Part shown: positions 23,847 to 37,300 of the stretch, piece by piece
How positions within the stretch are numbered: position 1 is the first letter of the stretch
Layout: the number at the start of each line of letters is the position of its first letter
Program-made: the position numbers and the translations under genes
Notes under the pieces: generated by a model
The model's database searches: none
Told to the model about the DNA's origin: nothing
What the model saw: only the letters and a program-made list of their open reading frames with translations
Origin: Squalus acanthias
Lineage: Eukaryota
Assembly: GCA_030390025.1 (NCBI GenBank)
Contig: CM059432.1
Span: 42,658,001-42,722,000, forward strand
Reading direction: 5' to 3'
DNA: 64,000 nucleotides

Positions 23847-25947
23847 GGAGAATTGAAAATATTTCTATTTTTCCCATTCCCACCTCAGATCTGATTAAAT
23901 ACTCAAATGTTCAATAACAGCTACTACATTCTAGGATAGTCTGATACTCTGTTTCAGCTTGAATGCTCTATATCCCTTCTAAAATATACTCCTCCCCTCC
24001 CAGTTCTTCTAATTATCAATTAAATCTAATTATCAATTAAATCTAATTATCTTTCTCCTGAAAGATCTGATATCTCCACTCTAGCCAAGCTGCGTACATT
24101 TAAAAGATGTTCCTTACCTCTATTCCACAAGCCTTAGTTTCCCATACAATCTAACCCTTTCTGCACAGAAGGGAAAGTAATTTTAAGGTGAAGTATTTGC
24201 TCTCGGGTTAGGTTTTATACTTTAACACCTCCTTAAGAACATGAATCTCTCAGTGAAAGTATACAAAGCAAAATCATATTATGCAGCAACAGATACACAT
24301 AGCTGACATTAGCCAGCCTCAGCTGTTGTGTACTCCAGACAGAAGGGAATTTGGCTCAATAGCTCCTCCTCTAAAGAAAACAAATTCCAATTTAGCTCCT
24401 GCAAAGCAGCATTAATTAGATTTACTTACCTCTGCAATTTAATAATTGTTCTTTATTTACAAAAAAGGCACAAGTATGAACATAAACATAAAATCATGAT
24501 TGGATATTCAATCCTATTTACCCCCCCCCCCCCCCGCAATTTTCTCTCCTCCACCCCTGTAGGTGGTGACACGTGGCATTATACGGTTCCATTAGCACCA
24601 GCAGCTTTCTGGTACTCATCCAAGTAGGCATTCTTCAAATGTGAGTTTAGACAGTGAGTGCCAACAGGCTATTCCATAGGAAGCATCATAGCAGAGCCCA
24701 ATCCTGTCCTTGTTCAACATCCAAACGCACACTATCCAGCAGGTGTCACAGGGTAGCAATCAGGAAGTAGAACACTGGCTGGTTTTCTCTGAAGCATGAG
24801 ATACTGAAACCAATTATACCACCGCCATTACTGCCCTGATTGTATGAGATAATTTGAGACCGTATCATTTACTGCAGGCTGCATGAGTAGAACTGATGAA
24901 TCAGCTGTTCAGAAGGCTAGTTTGTACAGTGAATAAGAACTAGAATCTGTTATCTTATTAGCTGGCTCTCACATTGTGATTTATAATACCTGTTGTGCTT
25001 TTATTAATTTTATATAGTTGTGTTTTGTTAGTAAGCAAAAAACGAGTTTAGCCAAGTACATGATGCAAAACACAACCGTATGCAGTTTGTGCTACAATAC
25101 TGTGGATAAGCATCTGGATTTTAAGAAAAAAGTCGTTATTTAGCAGAAATCTACTGCTAAGTATGCAGCTAACGGGAATGAATTCAGAGTGTGTGTCCTG
25201 TCAGTATAATTTGTTTACTAATTTATATTCATTCAAATAGAAATCAATTAAAATACCTGAAGAGCCTACCTCTTTTGTTTCACTTGTCAAGCTGTTGCTC
25301 ATATAGAATTGACAATATTTTATTATAAAGTTGCAATGACTTGAGCTTAAAATATAAAAACAAAAACCTGAATAGCATTTTATATTCTGTCAAATATGCA
25401 AATGCAATATTTTTCATCTGAGATTTTGTAATTGCTGTGCTTATGTCCAAAGCAAACAACGATTGTGACCTTGCATTTTTCCACTTGAGTCATTCCATTG
25501 TGCTGAAAGACTAAGTCTAATCTCTTGAAAAGATGTACTGTATCTCAGAAATAAATTCACTCCAGAGAAAGAGCATGCTGAATGAACTTCATTGTTTTTG
25601 TTTGAATACATAATATTTGAATTAATTTATGTACAACAGTCACACAATAAACTTTGGTAGAACAGAAATTTTATTTTAATCTTTGGGAAAGCTAAAAGTA
25701 GCAAACTCATTAATAAAAATATAAGTAAGGCTGCCATTAACTATTTCCCTCTTGACTTTTCATTAAGGGTTATATTTTCCTCCGTGTGTATTTAAAAAAA
25801 AAAACATTTTAATAAACTGTCGCAAATCTGTGAGAATTTAGTGAAAGAAAGTTTCTTTAGTTTTACACACTGAAGAAAATATGCCCTTAAATATCCCTGT
25901 AATCATGAATGTGTGTAATGTTTATCACCTTAGTCATATTTGTCTTT

Positions 25948-26328
25948 AATCTAATTGAGGTGTTTAAGATGATTAAAGGAGTTTATCGGGTAGATAGAGA
26001 GAAACTATATTTCCTCTAGTGGGGGAGTCCAGAACAAGGGGGCATAACCTTAAAATTAGAGATGGTCTTTTCAGGGAGGATTTCAGAAAGCACTTCTTCA
26101 TACAAAGAGTAGTGGAAATCTAGAACTCTTTCCTCTCAAAAGCTGTTGAGGCTAGTTCAATTGAAAATTACAAAACTGAGATTGATAGATTTTTGTTAGG
26201 CAAGGGTATTAAGGGTTACGGAGCCAAGGCGGGTAGATGGAGTTAAGATACAGATCAGCCATGATCTAATTGAATGGCTGAACAGGCTTGAGGGGCTGAA
26301 TGGCCGACTGCTGTTCCTATGTTCCTAA
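25948..26328 (+). mobile_element. CR1 family A 3' end
   Basis: SRTRGHNLK.. coding end and 3' UTR gatcagccatgatctaattgaatgg...(ttcctatg)n. Confidence 0.8.
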
Positions 26329-26367
26329 TATATTGAAATATCCATCTCTTGTTCTAAGTATGTTAAT

Positions 26368-27083
26368 GGCCCGTAATTTCCAATAGGAGGCTTCCTGCGT
26401 GCGGATGCCTCCTATCGGGAAAAAATCTACACCCTTACCTGAGGGCTCCCGAGGTCCGGACACTTCCGATCCTGGGCTTCTCCACAGTCGAAATGCGCAG
26501 GGCCCACGTATCCCAGGGGCGTATGCGGTTCGCAAGTATCCTTGGGATCACGTGGGCCAGGCGAGCCAATAAAAGAAGGGAATCCCCCATCGTACTTTTG
26601 ACAGATAGACCTGTCAAAAGTATGAATGGGGATCACTGAAAAAAGATACTAAAACATTAAATAATTTTTTTTAAATGATCACGTTTTTAAAATGATTTAA
26701 AATTACATTAAATTCAATATTTTAAACAAAAATTAAATTTTTTGAAAAAGTAATAAGTTTTTTACGGGGCTAAAAATAAACTTACCTTTTTAAAAGTATT
26801 TTTAAGTTATAAATGAGTGGAAATTAAAAAAAAACTTTAAAAAACTCTTATGCTAAGATTTTTAAGTGATTTCAGCGGGCGGAGATTGTGCAGAAAGCGG
26901 AACTCTCCACCCACAGAGGCCCTTCTCCAGGGCAGGCGTCCGATCTGTCAAGAGGATTCTTGACAGATCGGAAATGCCGGTTTTCAGCGCATGCGCTTTG
27001 CATGCCTGAAACCGGCATTTCCGATGTCCCTACAGGTGTGTACACAGCTCGTACTCACCCGTAGGCATCGGAAAATACGGGCC
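26368..27083. mobile_element. Harbinger-type MITE, family M1
   Basis: TIRs ggcccgtaatttcc / ggaaaatacgggcc (13/14 match), internal hairpins and an AT-rich core. Confidence 0.8.
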
Positions 27084-29796
27084 ATTGTCTATGATGAGGT
27101 GAATCGAGCATAGGCTAATAAAAGATAGATTAGTCTGAATTTGGAGAAAAAAAGGCTAAGCAATTCATGCTTTGCTTTTATGTAAAAATAGAAAATATTA
27201 AGGGTTATATCCAAAACGTTAATCAATCCTTCTGACTCTTCTTGACATGCTGGGCCTCAACAAACCTTGACTCTTGGATTGTGGATTCTTCCCCCTTACT
27301 GTGGCTACTCCAGATGGCTATACCTTCTACCATATCTCTTGCCCTCTCCGTTGTAATGGTTACATGGCTCTCATTGCCAGTTGCCGTCTCACAGTCTTCA
27401 GGTTTTTAAAACCCGAAGTATCACCTTGTCTCTATCTTTTCCCTATTTTTTTTTAACTCCTTTCAACCTTGGTGGTGTCCTGTACTACAAACCTGGTGTT
27501 TCACCTTGGTTTTTCAATTTAAAAGATACCATTATTATTTTAGATTTCCTGGATTTGTGGGCTTTTTTACTTGTGCTTTGATTTGATATTTGTTTTACTG
27601 TCTTTTTTTTGTGTGAATCATTGTCTTTTTTTGGTTAAAGGTCCTCCTTAATTCTCAAGATCCTACCAGCCAGTATCTAATCCAAAATCACAGACATATT
27701 AGGTAAACATTTAGGGCCATCAGATGATTGTGATAAATCATATCTTTTTCTTCATTTCAGACTGTCTTCTCTATAACCCTCTTGTCTTTGGGGGTTCTGT
27801 CAGCTGAATGGTTTGGGCTCTGTTTCTATGGCAACAGCAAACTATTAAAAATAAGTTTCATCATTTTTATTATGCCATTAGTTTCAGAAAGGATAAGTTA
27901 AACTATTCAAGTTGCAATACTGAAAGAAAGCTGTCCATTCAGGAACACTACTGCTATTCTCTACTTCTCTCCCATATGCAATTTCTTTGAAAATCATTTA
28001 AAAAAAAATAGCAAATGTAATTAATAGATTTGTATAAGTTTTTTTTAAATTAAAAGCATCCATTAGGAAAATATTTGTACATTGTTCATAGAGGCATATA
28101 AAGTTTAATTCATATTCTATATGAAAACATTTCAAAATTAATTTATGATACCCTTCGGTGTATTATATCAATATTCAGGCATAATGTGCATAGAACTTAT
28201 AAGTGAATGGTTGCATATTATTTCTTGATAAACCTGAAATAATGATGCAACAAGAGTTAATCCATACTGATGCTGAATATTGGTGTCTGCATTGACAGCC
28301 ACTGCTGATACAAAAACTGTCCGAAACAGAATAACACTCCTGTTTACATTGGAAATCAAATATAAAATAAACTACGACGGGTCCACATATATGGTAGATA
28401 TAAATTGGGAAGTGACTGCTTAAAAAATCTCATCAGTCTGTGAAACAAATTCTACTGTCACTTGACAAATCAAATAATTTGATCCCTACTGTCTATCATG
28501 GAATGCCCACTGAAAAAAAACACAGAACAATAATCCTGTAAAGATAAAATGGTAAGAAATCACTAAGACCTTGAAATGACTCTCCGATATTAATATGTTT
28601 GTATAAAATCTCTCTGCCTACCTGCTATTTAATGGAGACATTAAACACCTTTTTTAAACAACTTGCTACCTCTGTTAAAAATCAGAGGAACTTTTATTTA
28701 AATACATCAAGTTTACACTAATGTCATAATTTTAAGGCCTAACTTTCTACATAAAATGACACACTCTGGAATGTGTTCGAAACAGTAATCTCTTTCGGGG
28801 TTAAGATACTGTTAATAAATTGTTTTCAAATCCCTCCATGGCCTCGTCCCTCCCTATCTCTGTAATTTCCTTCAGCCCCACAACCCCCCGAGATATCTGC
28901 GCTCCACTAATGCTGCCCTCTTGAGCATCCCTGATTATAATCGCTCAACCATTGGTGGCCGTGCCTTCTGTTGCCTTTTTTAAAATTCGTTCATGGGATG
29001 TGGGCGTCGCTGGCAAGGCCAGTATTTATTGCCCATCCCTAATTGCCCTTTGAGAAGGTGGTGGTGAGCCGCCGCCTTGAACCGCTGTAGTCCATATGGT
29101 GAAGGCACTCCCACAGTGCTGTTAGGGAGGGAGTTCCAGGATTTTGACCCAGCGACGATGAAGGATCGGCGATATACTTCTAAGTCAGGATGGTGTGTGA
29201 CTTGGAGGGGAACTTGGAGGTGGTGGTGTTCCCATGCGCCTGCTGCCCTTGTCCTTCTAGGTGGAAGAGGTCACGGGTTTGGGAGGTGCTGCTGAAGAAG
29301 CCTTGGCAAGTTGCTGCAATGCATCTTGTAGATAGTACATACTGCAGCCACGGTACGCCGGTGGTGGAGGGAGTGAATGTTTAAGGTGGTGGATGGGGTG
29401 CCAATCAAGCGGGCTGCTTTGTCCTGGATGGTGTCGAGCTTCTTCAGTGTTGTTGGAGCTGCACTCATCCAGGCAAGTGGAGAGTATTCCATCACACTCC
29501 TTACTTGTGTCTTGTAGATAGTAGAAGGCTTTGGGGAGTCAGGAGGTGAGACACTTGACGCAGAATACCTAGCCTCAGACCTGCGCTTGTTGTCACAGTA
29601 TTTATGTGGCTGGTCCAGTTAAGTTTCTGGTCAATGGTGACCCCCCCCAGGATGTTGATGGTGGGGGATTCGGCGATGGTAATGCTGTTGAATGTCAAGG
29701 GGCGGTGGTTAGGATCTCGCTTGTTGGAGATGATCATTGCCTGGCATTTGTGTGGCGCGAATGATACCTGCCACTTATCAGCCCAAGTCTGAACGG

Positions 29797-32700
29797 TGAC
29801 GTAATAAAGACTCACTATGCACTTGAACATAAAGCAAGGCTTTAATCAACTTGTAACAAAACATGGAGGTCAAGTTAGCAGTCACTAGCTTCCTGTTTCC
29901 AGATTGTCTCTGCCCAAGGTGGGCCCATGCCTGAGTATTTATACTCCCTGGACGGCGCCCCAGCTGGCCGCCCAGTAGTACTTCCTGAGTTGTTACTTGC
30001 GATTTATGACATTCTTCCTCCCTAAAAGGTTTGGAAGTCCAGTCTTCCTTTAACGGACTAGGTGGACCAGAAATAGCCGCAGACGTTTAGCTCTCTGCTT
30101 GTGACTGGAAGGCACGTCTCCCCGGACCGTGTCCTGGTCCCTGGGTCGCTTGGCCCGTACCGGTAAGTCAGTAGAGTCCGCGTCATCTTGATCATCCTGT
30201 GGAGGACTGGGAATATCATGACTCCGGGTGCGGGTCCCCACAGGTGCTGAGCTGGCCTCATCCCGGGTCGTGGCTGGAGATTGTCCGGCGTCCTGGTTTC
30301 GGGTGGCCATCCTACGGGGAGCGTCCAGCTCCCGGAGTTGATCCGGTAGCGTTGCCGCCAGATCCCCCGATGTCCCAGGCGGGGCGTCATTTTCATAGGG
30401 GTGCGGAGTGTTGATATCATTGTCGGGGGATCCTTCATCATTCGGGCCCGTGTGACCGGTTGGGCAGGGAGCCAGATCTCGGAGCGAGACGGTGGTCTCC
30501 CGGCCATCAGGGTACCGTACGTGCGCATACGTGGGGTTTACCTCCGTTAACTCCACCTCGTCAACGAGAGGGTCGTTTTTGGCAGACCGGACGAACCTCC
30601 GGAGTAGCACCGGGCCGGGAGCCACCAACCATGACGGTAGAGACGTCCCATGTGTAGAGCGACGCCGGAATTTGAAGAATCGCTCATGAGGCGTGACATT
30701 AGTAGATGTGGAGAGAAGAGACCTGATAGAGTGTAACGCGTCGGGGAGCACCGTTTTCCACTGCTGGTCCGGCAGGTTGCGTGACCTTAGTGCCAGACGG
30801 ACAGCGTTCCAGATGATGGCATTGTATCGTTCAACCTGTCCGTTACCGATTGGGTGATATGGTGTCGTCCTACTTGAGGCGATTCCCCGTTGAGAGATAA
30901 CTTTTAAGTTCACTCGACATAAAGGAGGGACCCCGATCAGTGTGGATAAAATTGGCCGTCCCGCAAAGGGAAAAGACCTGATCGAGGCATTTAATTACCG
31001 TAGAGGTAAGCATATTAGGGCAGGGGAAGGCGAAGGGAAAGCGTGAATACTCGTCCACCATCGTAAGTAGGTAGGTGTTCCTTGTCGACGAAGGCAATGG
31101 CCCTTTAAAGTCTATGCTGAGCCTCTGCATAGGCTGCATTGCATGTATGAGTAAGCCATCTGATGGGCGAAAGAATTGTGGTTTCAGTTCTGCACAAATC
31201 CTACAGGAGGAGCATGTTTTCTTTACGTCCTCGGTTGAAAATGGTAGATTTTTGGAGCGCACAAAGTGCAACATGCGGGTCACACCAGGATGGCATAAGT
31301 CCATATGCAAATCCACCAGAGTCGACGTTGACATTGAGGAGCAAAATGCCCGTGTGAAGGTATCTGGGGCCACGTTCTGTTTGCCGGGTCGGTAACAGAT
31401 AGTATATCCAAAGGCAGCCAGCTCCATCCTCCAGAGTTGAATTTTATTATTTTTGATTTTCGTGCGCCTCCGGTTATCCAACATGAAGGCCACAGAGCGC
31501 TGGTCAGTTATAAGCGTAAAATGACGCCGAGCAAGAAAATGACCCCATTGGCGTACAGCCTCGATGATGGCCGTAGCCTCCTTCTCGACGGGGGGGTAAT
31601 GGAGCTCGCTACCCTGCAAGGTTCTGGATAGGAATGCCACGGGTCGGCCACCTTGATTCAAGGTAGCGGAGATCGCCACCTCCGATGCATCGCATTCGAC
31701 CACAAAAGGAAGATTTGTGTCAATGGAGCGAAGCGTGGCTTTCTCCAGCTGTCGTTTGAGGAGGTTGAAGGCAGAAATAGCCGTAGCTTCCAATGGAAAA
31801 GACTTCGCATGGAGCAGGGGCAGTATTTTATCGGAGAAGTGTGGTATCCATTTTGCGTAATAAGCAAACATGCCAAGTGCCCGACGAAGAGAGCCGAGGT
31901 TCGTCGGGGGAGGGAGCTCCTGAAGTGGACGAAGTCGCTCTGGGTCCGGTTTAATAACACCGTTGCCCACCCAGTAGCCAAGAATGTTCACCGATGGCAC
32001 CGACTTCACCGATTTGGATTCGTTTAACGTTAAGTGGCGACGGCGGAGTACGTCAAAAAATCTCTGAAGATTGGCGTCATGCTCCTTTTGATCATGGCCG
32101 GCAATAGTGATATTGTCTAAATACGGAAAGGTATCCGTCAAGTTCTCTTGCCAGACTAGGCCATCCATGGCCCGTTGGAAGACGGCCACCCCATTGGTGA
32201 CCCCGAATGGAAGGCGGCGAAACTGGAAAAGCCGACCATTGGCCTCAAAGGCCGTATACTTCTTGTCGGCGTCTTGCAGTGGCACCTGATGGTACGCGCT
32301 TTTTAAATCGAAGGTCGAGAATACCTTGTATTTGGCAAGGTTGTTGACCATGTCATCTATGCGTGGCAGCGGGTAGGCATCCAGATCGGTATATAGATTA
32401 ATAGTCTGCGAATAATCGATACACAGACGTTTTTTATGTTATTTTAAGGGATTCCTCACGATGACGACCTGAGCCCGCCAGGGAGATGAACATGGCTCGA
32501 TAATACCGTCGACTAAAAGGCGAGAGATTTCCGCCTCAATAAACGCTCGATCATCTTGGCTAAAGCGCCGCGATTTGGTGGCTATGGGTTTACAGCGGGG
32601 GGGAAGATTGGCAAACAGGGAGGGTTCACCGAGTAAGGCCGCCGAGAGTGCACAAAACGGCACCTTAGAAATGGTAAGCTCCGACCTTGACCCTCCAAAC

Positions 32701-34304
32701 TCAAAAGTGATCTTCTTGTGCTGCTTCTGGAAGTCCTATCCCAGAAGCACATCGCTGCATAAGTTTGCGAGTACTCCGAGCCGGGTGGAGAGATACGTGC
32801 GGCCGTTGAGGATGAGGTTGACCAGACAGAAGCCAGAAGAATTGGTGGTCAGAGTCGTCAGAGCCATTGCGATCTCCCTGTCCGAGGGATAAATGTGCAG
32901 TTTTAACCTGTTGACAGCCCGCTTACTAATGAAGCTGCCAGAGCTGCAGGAGTCGATTAGCGCGCTTAGAGTGTGCCCATTTACTGAAACCTTCGTGGCT
33001 GCATGGGACAAACTTTGGGGAAAAACAGCCGTGATGGGAGGAGGGGCAATTTTCCCTTCGGCAACTGTAGCCTTAACAGTAGTTCTTGGGGGAGGAGCAG
33101 CTCCATAGATAGCAGCTGTGAAGCTAACAGGAGCTCTCGACCGGTATACTTTAGAGGAGCGGCCTTTCTTGTTAGCAAAGGCCCGTGACTGGCATACCTT
33201 GGAAAAGTGTCCTTTCTTGCTGCAATGATTGCAGGTCACATTACGAGCCGGGCAAAATTTTCTGTGATGGCACGCCCCTCCACAAAAGAAACACTTTCTT
33301 CCTGATTGCCAGGATGCTGCTAGGGCGGGGTCGTCATCAGCGAAGGCCTCTAGGGTAGGGTCGTCGTCTGTTAGAGTAGAGTCAACATCAGTGGGGGCAT
33401 CCGCCCGAGACCTACCGAAAGACTCATTAAAGGAGATAGCCGCCGCCCGTGCACGTGGTGGGAGATAAGTGTCTGCATTTTTCTTGGCCAAGTCCAAGGA
33501 ACACGCCTGGTCATAAGCAGCCCGTAAATTGAGGGTTTTATTTTCCAGCAGGCGCTGACGTATAAAAGGGGACGCGATTCCATTGATAAAGGAATCGCGG
33601 ATTAGTTCCTCTTGATACTGTTCAGCTGTAACTGCTTTAAGGTCACAATCCTTGCTGAGCCTGCGAAGTTTCTGGAGAAATTCATCGAGTGATTCCCCAG
33701 GCTGCTGCCGAGTTGTGGCCAGTAGGTGTCGAGCAAAGATTTCATTTGGGGACTTGACATATAGCTGCTGTAAGATTTCGATAGCAGTGTCATAGTCTAT
33801 ACAGTCCTCAATATAATCATACACATGAGGAGACACGTAGTTGATAAGCATTCGTAACTTATTAGGGACATCCGCCCCACATTCTTCAAGAAAGTTGCTA
33901 AAGGTACGAAACCAATGCTTCCATACCTTTGCTGCCGCAGGTGCATTCGGGTCCAGGTCGAGACGAGCGGGTCGAAGGAGTTTTTCCATGATGGATCAGT
34001 TTCTTGCCCAAGTTCCCTTCTGTGGTTCGAGTTGCAGCTGGTTGTTCCGAATCACCCAAAGCGTGGAGACGATATCAAGTTGATTAAATTGACGTAATAA
34101 AGACTCACTACGCACTTGAACATAAAGCAAGGCTTTAATCAACTTGTAACAAAACATGGAGGTCTAGTTAGCAGTCACTAGCTTCCTGTTTCCAGATTGT
34201 CTCTGCCCAAGGTGGGCCCATGCCTGAGTATTTATACTCCCTGGACGGCGCCCCAGCTGGCCGCCCAGTAGTACTTCCTGAGTTGTTACTTGCGATTTAT
34301 GACA
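29797..34304 (-). mobile_element. Full-length Gypsy/Ty3 LTR retrotransposon
   Basis: LTRs at 34090-34304 and 29797-30011 (215 bp, TG..CA, 2 differences). TSD AACGG at 29792-29796 and 34305-34309. PPT agggaggaagaa at 30012-30023, TATA box at 34229-34236. Confidence 0.97.
30050..33989 (-). pseudogene. Gypsy gag-pol polyprotein (Gag with 2 CCHC knuckles, protease, RT, RNase H, integrase), disabled
   Basis: Gag CFFCGGACHHRKFC and CNHCSKKGHFSKVC; protease LIDSCSS; RT LPFG..YLDN; RNase H CDAS..EKEA..TD; integrase HHCC and D-D-E. Single frame with in-frame stops at 32736-32738 and 32439-32441 and a frameshift near 30895. Confidence 0.92.
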
Positions 34305-37300
34305 AACGGCGTCCAGGTCTTGTTGCATGCGGGCATGGACTGCTTCATTATCTGAGGAGTTGTGAGTGGCACTGAACACTGTGCGGTCATCAGCGAACTT
34401 CCCCATTTCTGACCTTATGTTGGAGGGAAGATCATTGATGAAGCAGCTGAAGATGGTTGGGCCTAGGACACTGCCCTGAGTAACTCCTGCAGTGATGTCC
34501 TGGGGCTGTGATGATTGACCTTCAACCACCACAACCATCTTCCTTTGTGCTAGGTATGACTCCAGCCAGTGGAGAGTTGTCCCCCGATTCCCATTGACTT
34601 CAGTTTTGCTTGGGCTCCTTGATGCCAGACTCGGTCAAATGCTGCTTTGATGTCAAGGACAGTCACTCTCACCTCACCTCTCGAATTCAGCTCCTTTGTC
34701 CATGTTTGGACTAAGGCTGTAGTGAGGTTGGGAGCTGAGGGAACCCAAACTGGGCATCAGTGAGCAGGTTATTACCGCTTGATAGCGCTGTCGATGACAC
34801 ATTCCATCTCTTCGCTGATGATTGATAGTAGACTGATGGAGCGGTAATTGGCTGTATTGGATTTGTCCTGCTTTTTGTGGACAGGACATACCTGTGCAGT
34901 TTTCCACATTGTCGGGTAGATGCCAGTGTTGTAGCTGTACTGGAACAGCTTGGCTAGAGGCGCGGCTAGTTCTGGAGCACAAGTCTTCAGCACGACAGCC
35001 GGGATGTTGTCGGGGCTCATAGCCTTTGCTGTATCCAGTGCGCTCAGCCGTTTCTTGATATCAAATGGAGTGAATTGAATTGGCTGAAGACTGGCTTCTG
35101 TGATGGTGGGGACCTCAGGAGGAGGCCGATATGGATCATCCACTCGGCACTTCTGGCTGAAGATGGTTGCAAACGCATCAGCCTTGTCTTTTGCACTCAC
35201 GTGCTGGGCTCCACCATCACTGAGGATTGGGATATTCATGGAGCCTCCTCCTCCTGTTAGTTGTTTAATGGTCCACCACCATTGACGACTGGATGTAGCA
35301 GTACTGCAGAGCTTTGATTTGATCCATTGATTGTGGGACCTTTTAGACCGGTCTGTAGCATGCTGCTTCTGCTTTTTAGCATGCATGTAGTTCTGTGTTG
35401 CAGCTTCCCCAGGTTCGCACCTCATTTTTAGGTACGCCTGGTGCTGCTCCTGGCAGGCTCTTCTACACTCCTTATTGAACCAGGGTTGTTCCCCTGGCTT
35501 GGTGGTAATGGTAGAGTGAATGATATGCCGGGCCATGAGGTTACAGATTGTGGTGGAATACAATTCTGCTGCTGCTGATGGCCCACAGCGCCTCATGGAT
35601 GCCCAGTTTTGAGCTGCTAGATCTGTTCTGAATGTATCCCATTTAGCACGGTGGTAGTGCCACACAACACGAGGGAGGGTGTCCTCAGTGTGAAGATGGG
35701 ACTTCATCTGCACAATGACTGTGCGGTGGTCACTGCTACCAATACTGTCATGGACAGATGCATCTGCAACAGGTAGATTGGTGAGGACGAGGTCAAGTAG
35801 GTTTTTCCCTCGTGTTGGTTCTCTCGCCACCTGTCAAAACCCAGACTGGCAGCTATGTCCTTCAGGACTCGGCCAGCTCGGTCAGTAGTGGTGCTACCGA
35901 GCCACTCCTGGTGATGGACATTGAAGTTTCCCACCCGCAGTACATTCTGTGCCCTTGCTACTCTCAGTGCTTCTTCCAAGTTGTGTTCAACATTGGAGGA
36001 GTACTGATTCATCAGCTGAGGGAGGGTGGTAGGTGGTAATCAGCAGGAGGTTTCCTTGCCCATGCTTGTCCTGAAGCCATGAGACTTTATGGGGTCCAGA
36101 GTCAATGTTGAGGACTCCCAGGGCCACTCCTTCCCAACTGTATACCACTGTGTCGCCTCCCCTGGTGGGTCTATCCTGCCGGTGGGACAGGACATAACCA
36201 GGGATGGTGATGGAGGAGTTTGGGACATTGGCTGAAAGGTATGATTCTGTGAGTATGACTATGTCAGTCTGTGGGACAGCTCTCCCAATTTTGGCACAAG
36301 TCCCTAGATGTTGGTGAGGAGGGTCGACTGGGCTGGGTGTGCCGTTGTCATGTCGGTAGCTGGTGCCAAGGTTGATGACGCTTGGTCCGTCCGGTTTTTC
36401 TTATTAGTATTGTGTTTCGTAGCAGCTTCCTAGGCCATTTCAGAGGGCAGTTAGGAGTCAACCACATTGCTGTGGGTCTTAGGCCCTAAGCTCTGGAATT
36501 CCCTGCCTAAACCTCGCCGCCTCGCTACCTCTCTTTCCTCCTTTAAGACGCTCCTTAAAACCTACCTCTTTGACCAAGCTTTTGGTCACCTGCCCTAATT
36601 TCTCCTTATGTGGCTCGGTGTCAAATTATTTGTCATATAATACTGCTGTGCAGCGCCTTGGGATGTTTTACTATGTTAAAGGTGCTATATAAATACACGT
36701 TGTTGTTGTTGTTCTTGTGGTTTCTGATGCCAGTGTATCCTTCAATGTGTTACTGCCTTGTAACATACTGCAAATTGTGAGCTGCCTTGTATGTAATGCA
36801 ACATTACCTATTATAGGAAAATGTTATCCTTCAGGTCACATGCTAGAATTGGCTTCAATACCTCTTTTTATCCATTGCCAAAATACTACAAAGTCACAAT
36901 TTTCCTCAGCATATTGATGCAATGATGTCACTGCTGAAAAAACAAATTGGAAAAAAAACCAGCTAGTTTATACTATTTTTAAAATAATTGAGTTAAAGGC
37001 TGTAATTTATTTGCAGGATTTAGAGGTTAGTCAGTGTACTCTGTAACTCATTGAGGAATTGATGAATTCTAGCTACATATTCTATTCTATCTATGATGAC
37101 AACACTATAGAATACCATGAATAATGTTTGCTTTCTATTAGTTCAAGTAAAAGTTATTTTGTAGTAAATTGTTTTTTGGTGATCTGTCATAAATATCATG
37201 TGTATCATCATTTATTTAATGATTATCATGATACAGCAGAAGCCATCTGGTAATGATATGGATGTGGGGAGGTTACTGGAATCTATCATCAGACAGAGTG

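Larger units (their letters stand above)
28976..36479 (-). mobile_element. Near full-length family B LINE (28976-29796 and 34305-36479), split by the Gypsy element
   Basis: EN (EPTRGKNLLDLVLTN..SSDH), RT (QGSVLGP..KFADD) and 3' tail. 5'-truncated inside the UTR, which still matches the UTR of the copy at 1-2138. Confidence 0.9.
28820..36713 (+). mobile_element. L2-type 3' fragment (28820-28975 and 36480-36713), host of nested insertions
   Basis: The halves rejoin as gccttctgttgcc|taggccctaagctctggaattccc; ends in aggtgctatataaat...(gtt)n. Confidence 0.8.

Noticed and set aside
24009..24051. 17-bp tandem repeat ctaattatcaattaaat x2.5
   Set aside because: Simple local duplication without spacers; not CRISPR-like.
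27240..27560. Possible host exon or ORF (PDGYTFYHIS...)
   Set aside because: More like a very old LINE endonuclease remnant; no splice or homology support.
30050..33989. Programmed readthrough or frameshift at the Gypsy stop codons
   Set aside because: The stops fall inside the protease end and RT start, and the frameshift is inside the integrase core. They are best explained as ordinary decay, compatible with ~1% LTR divergence.
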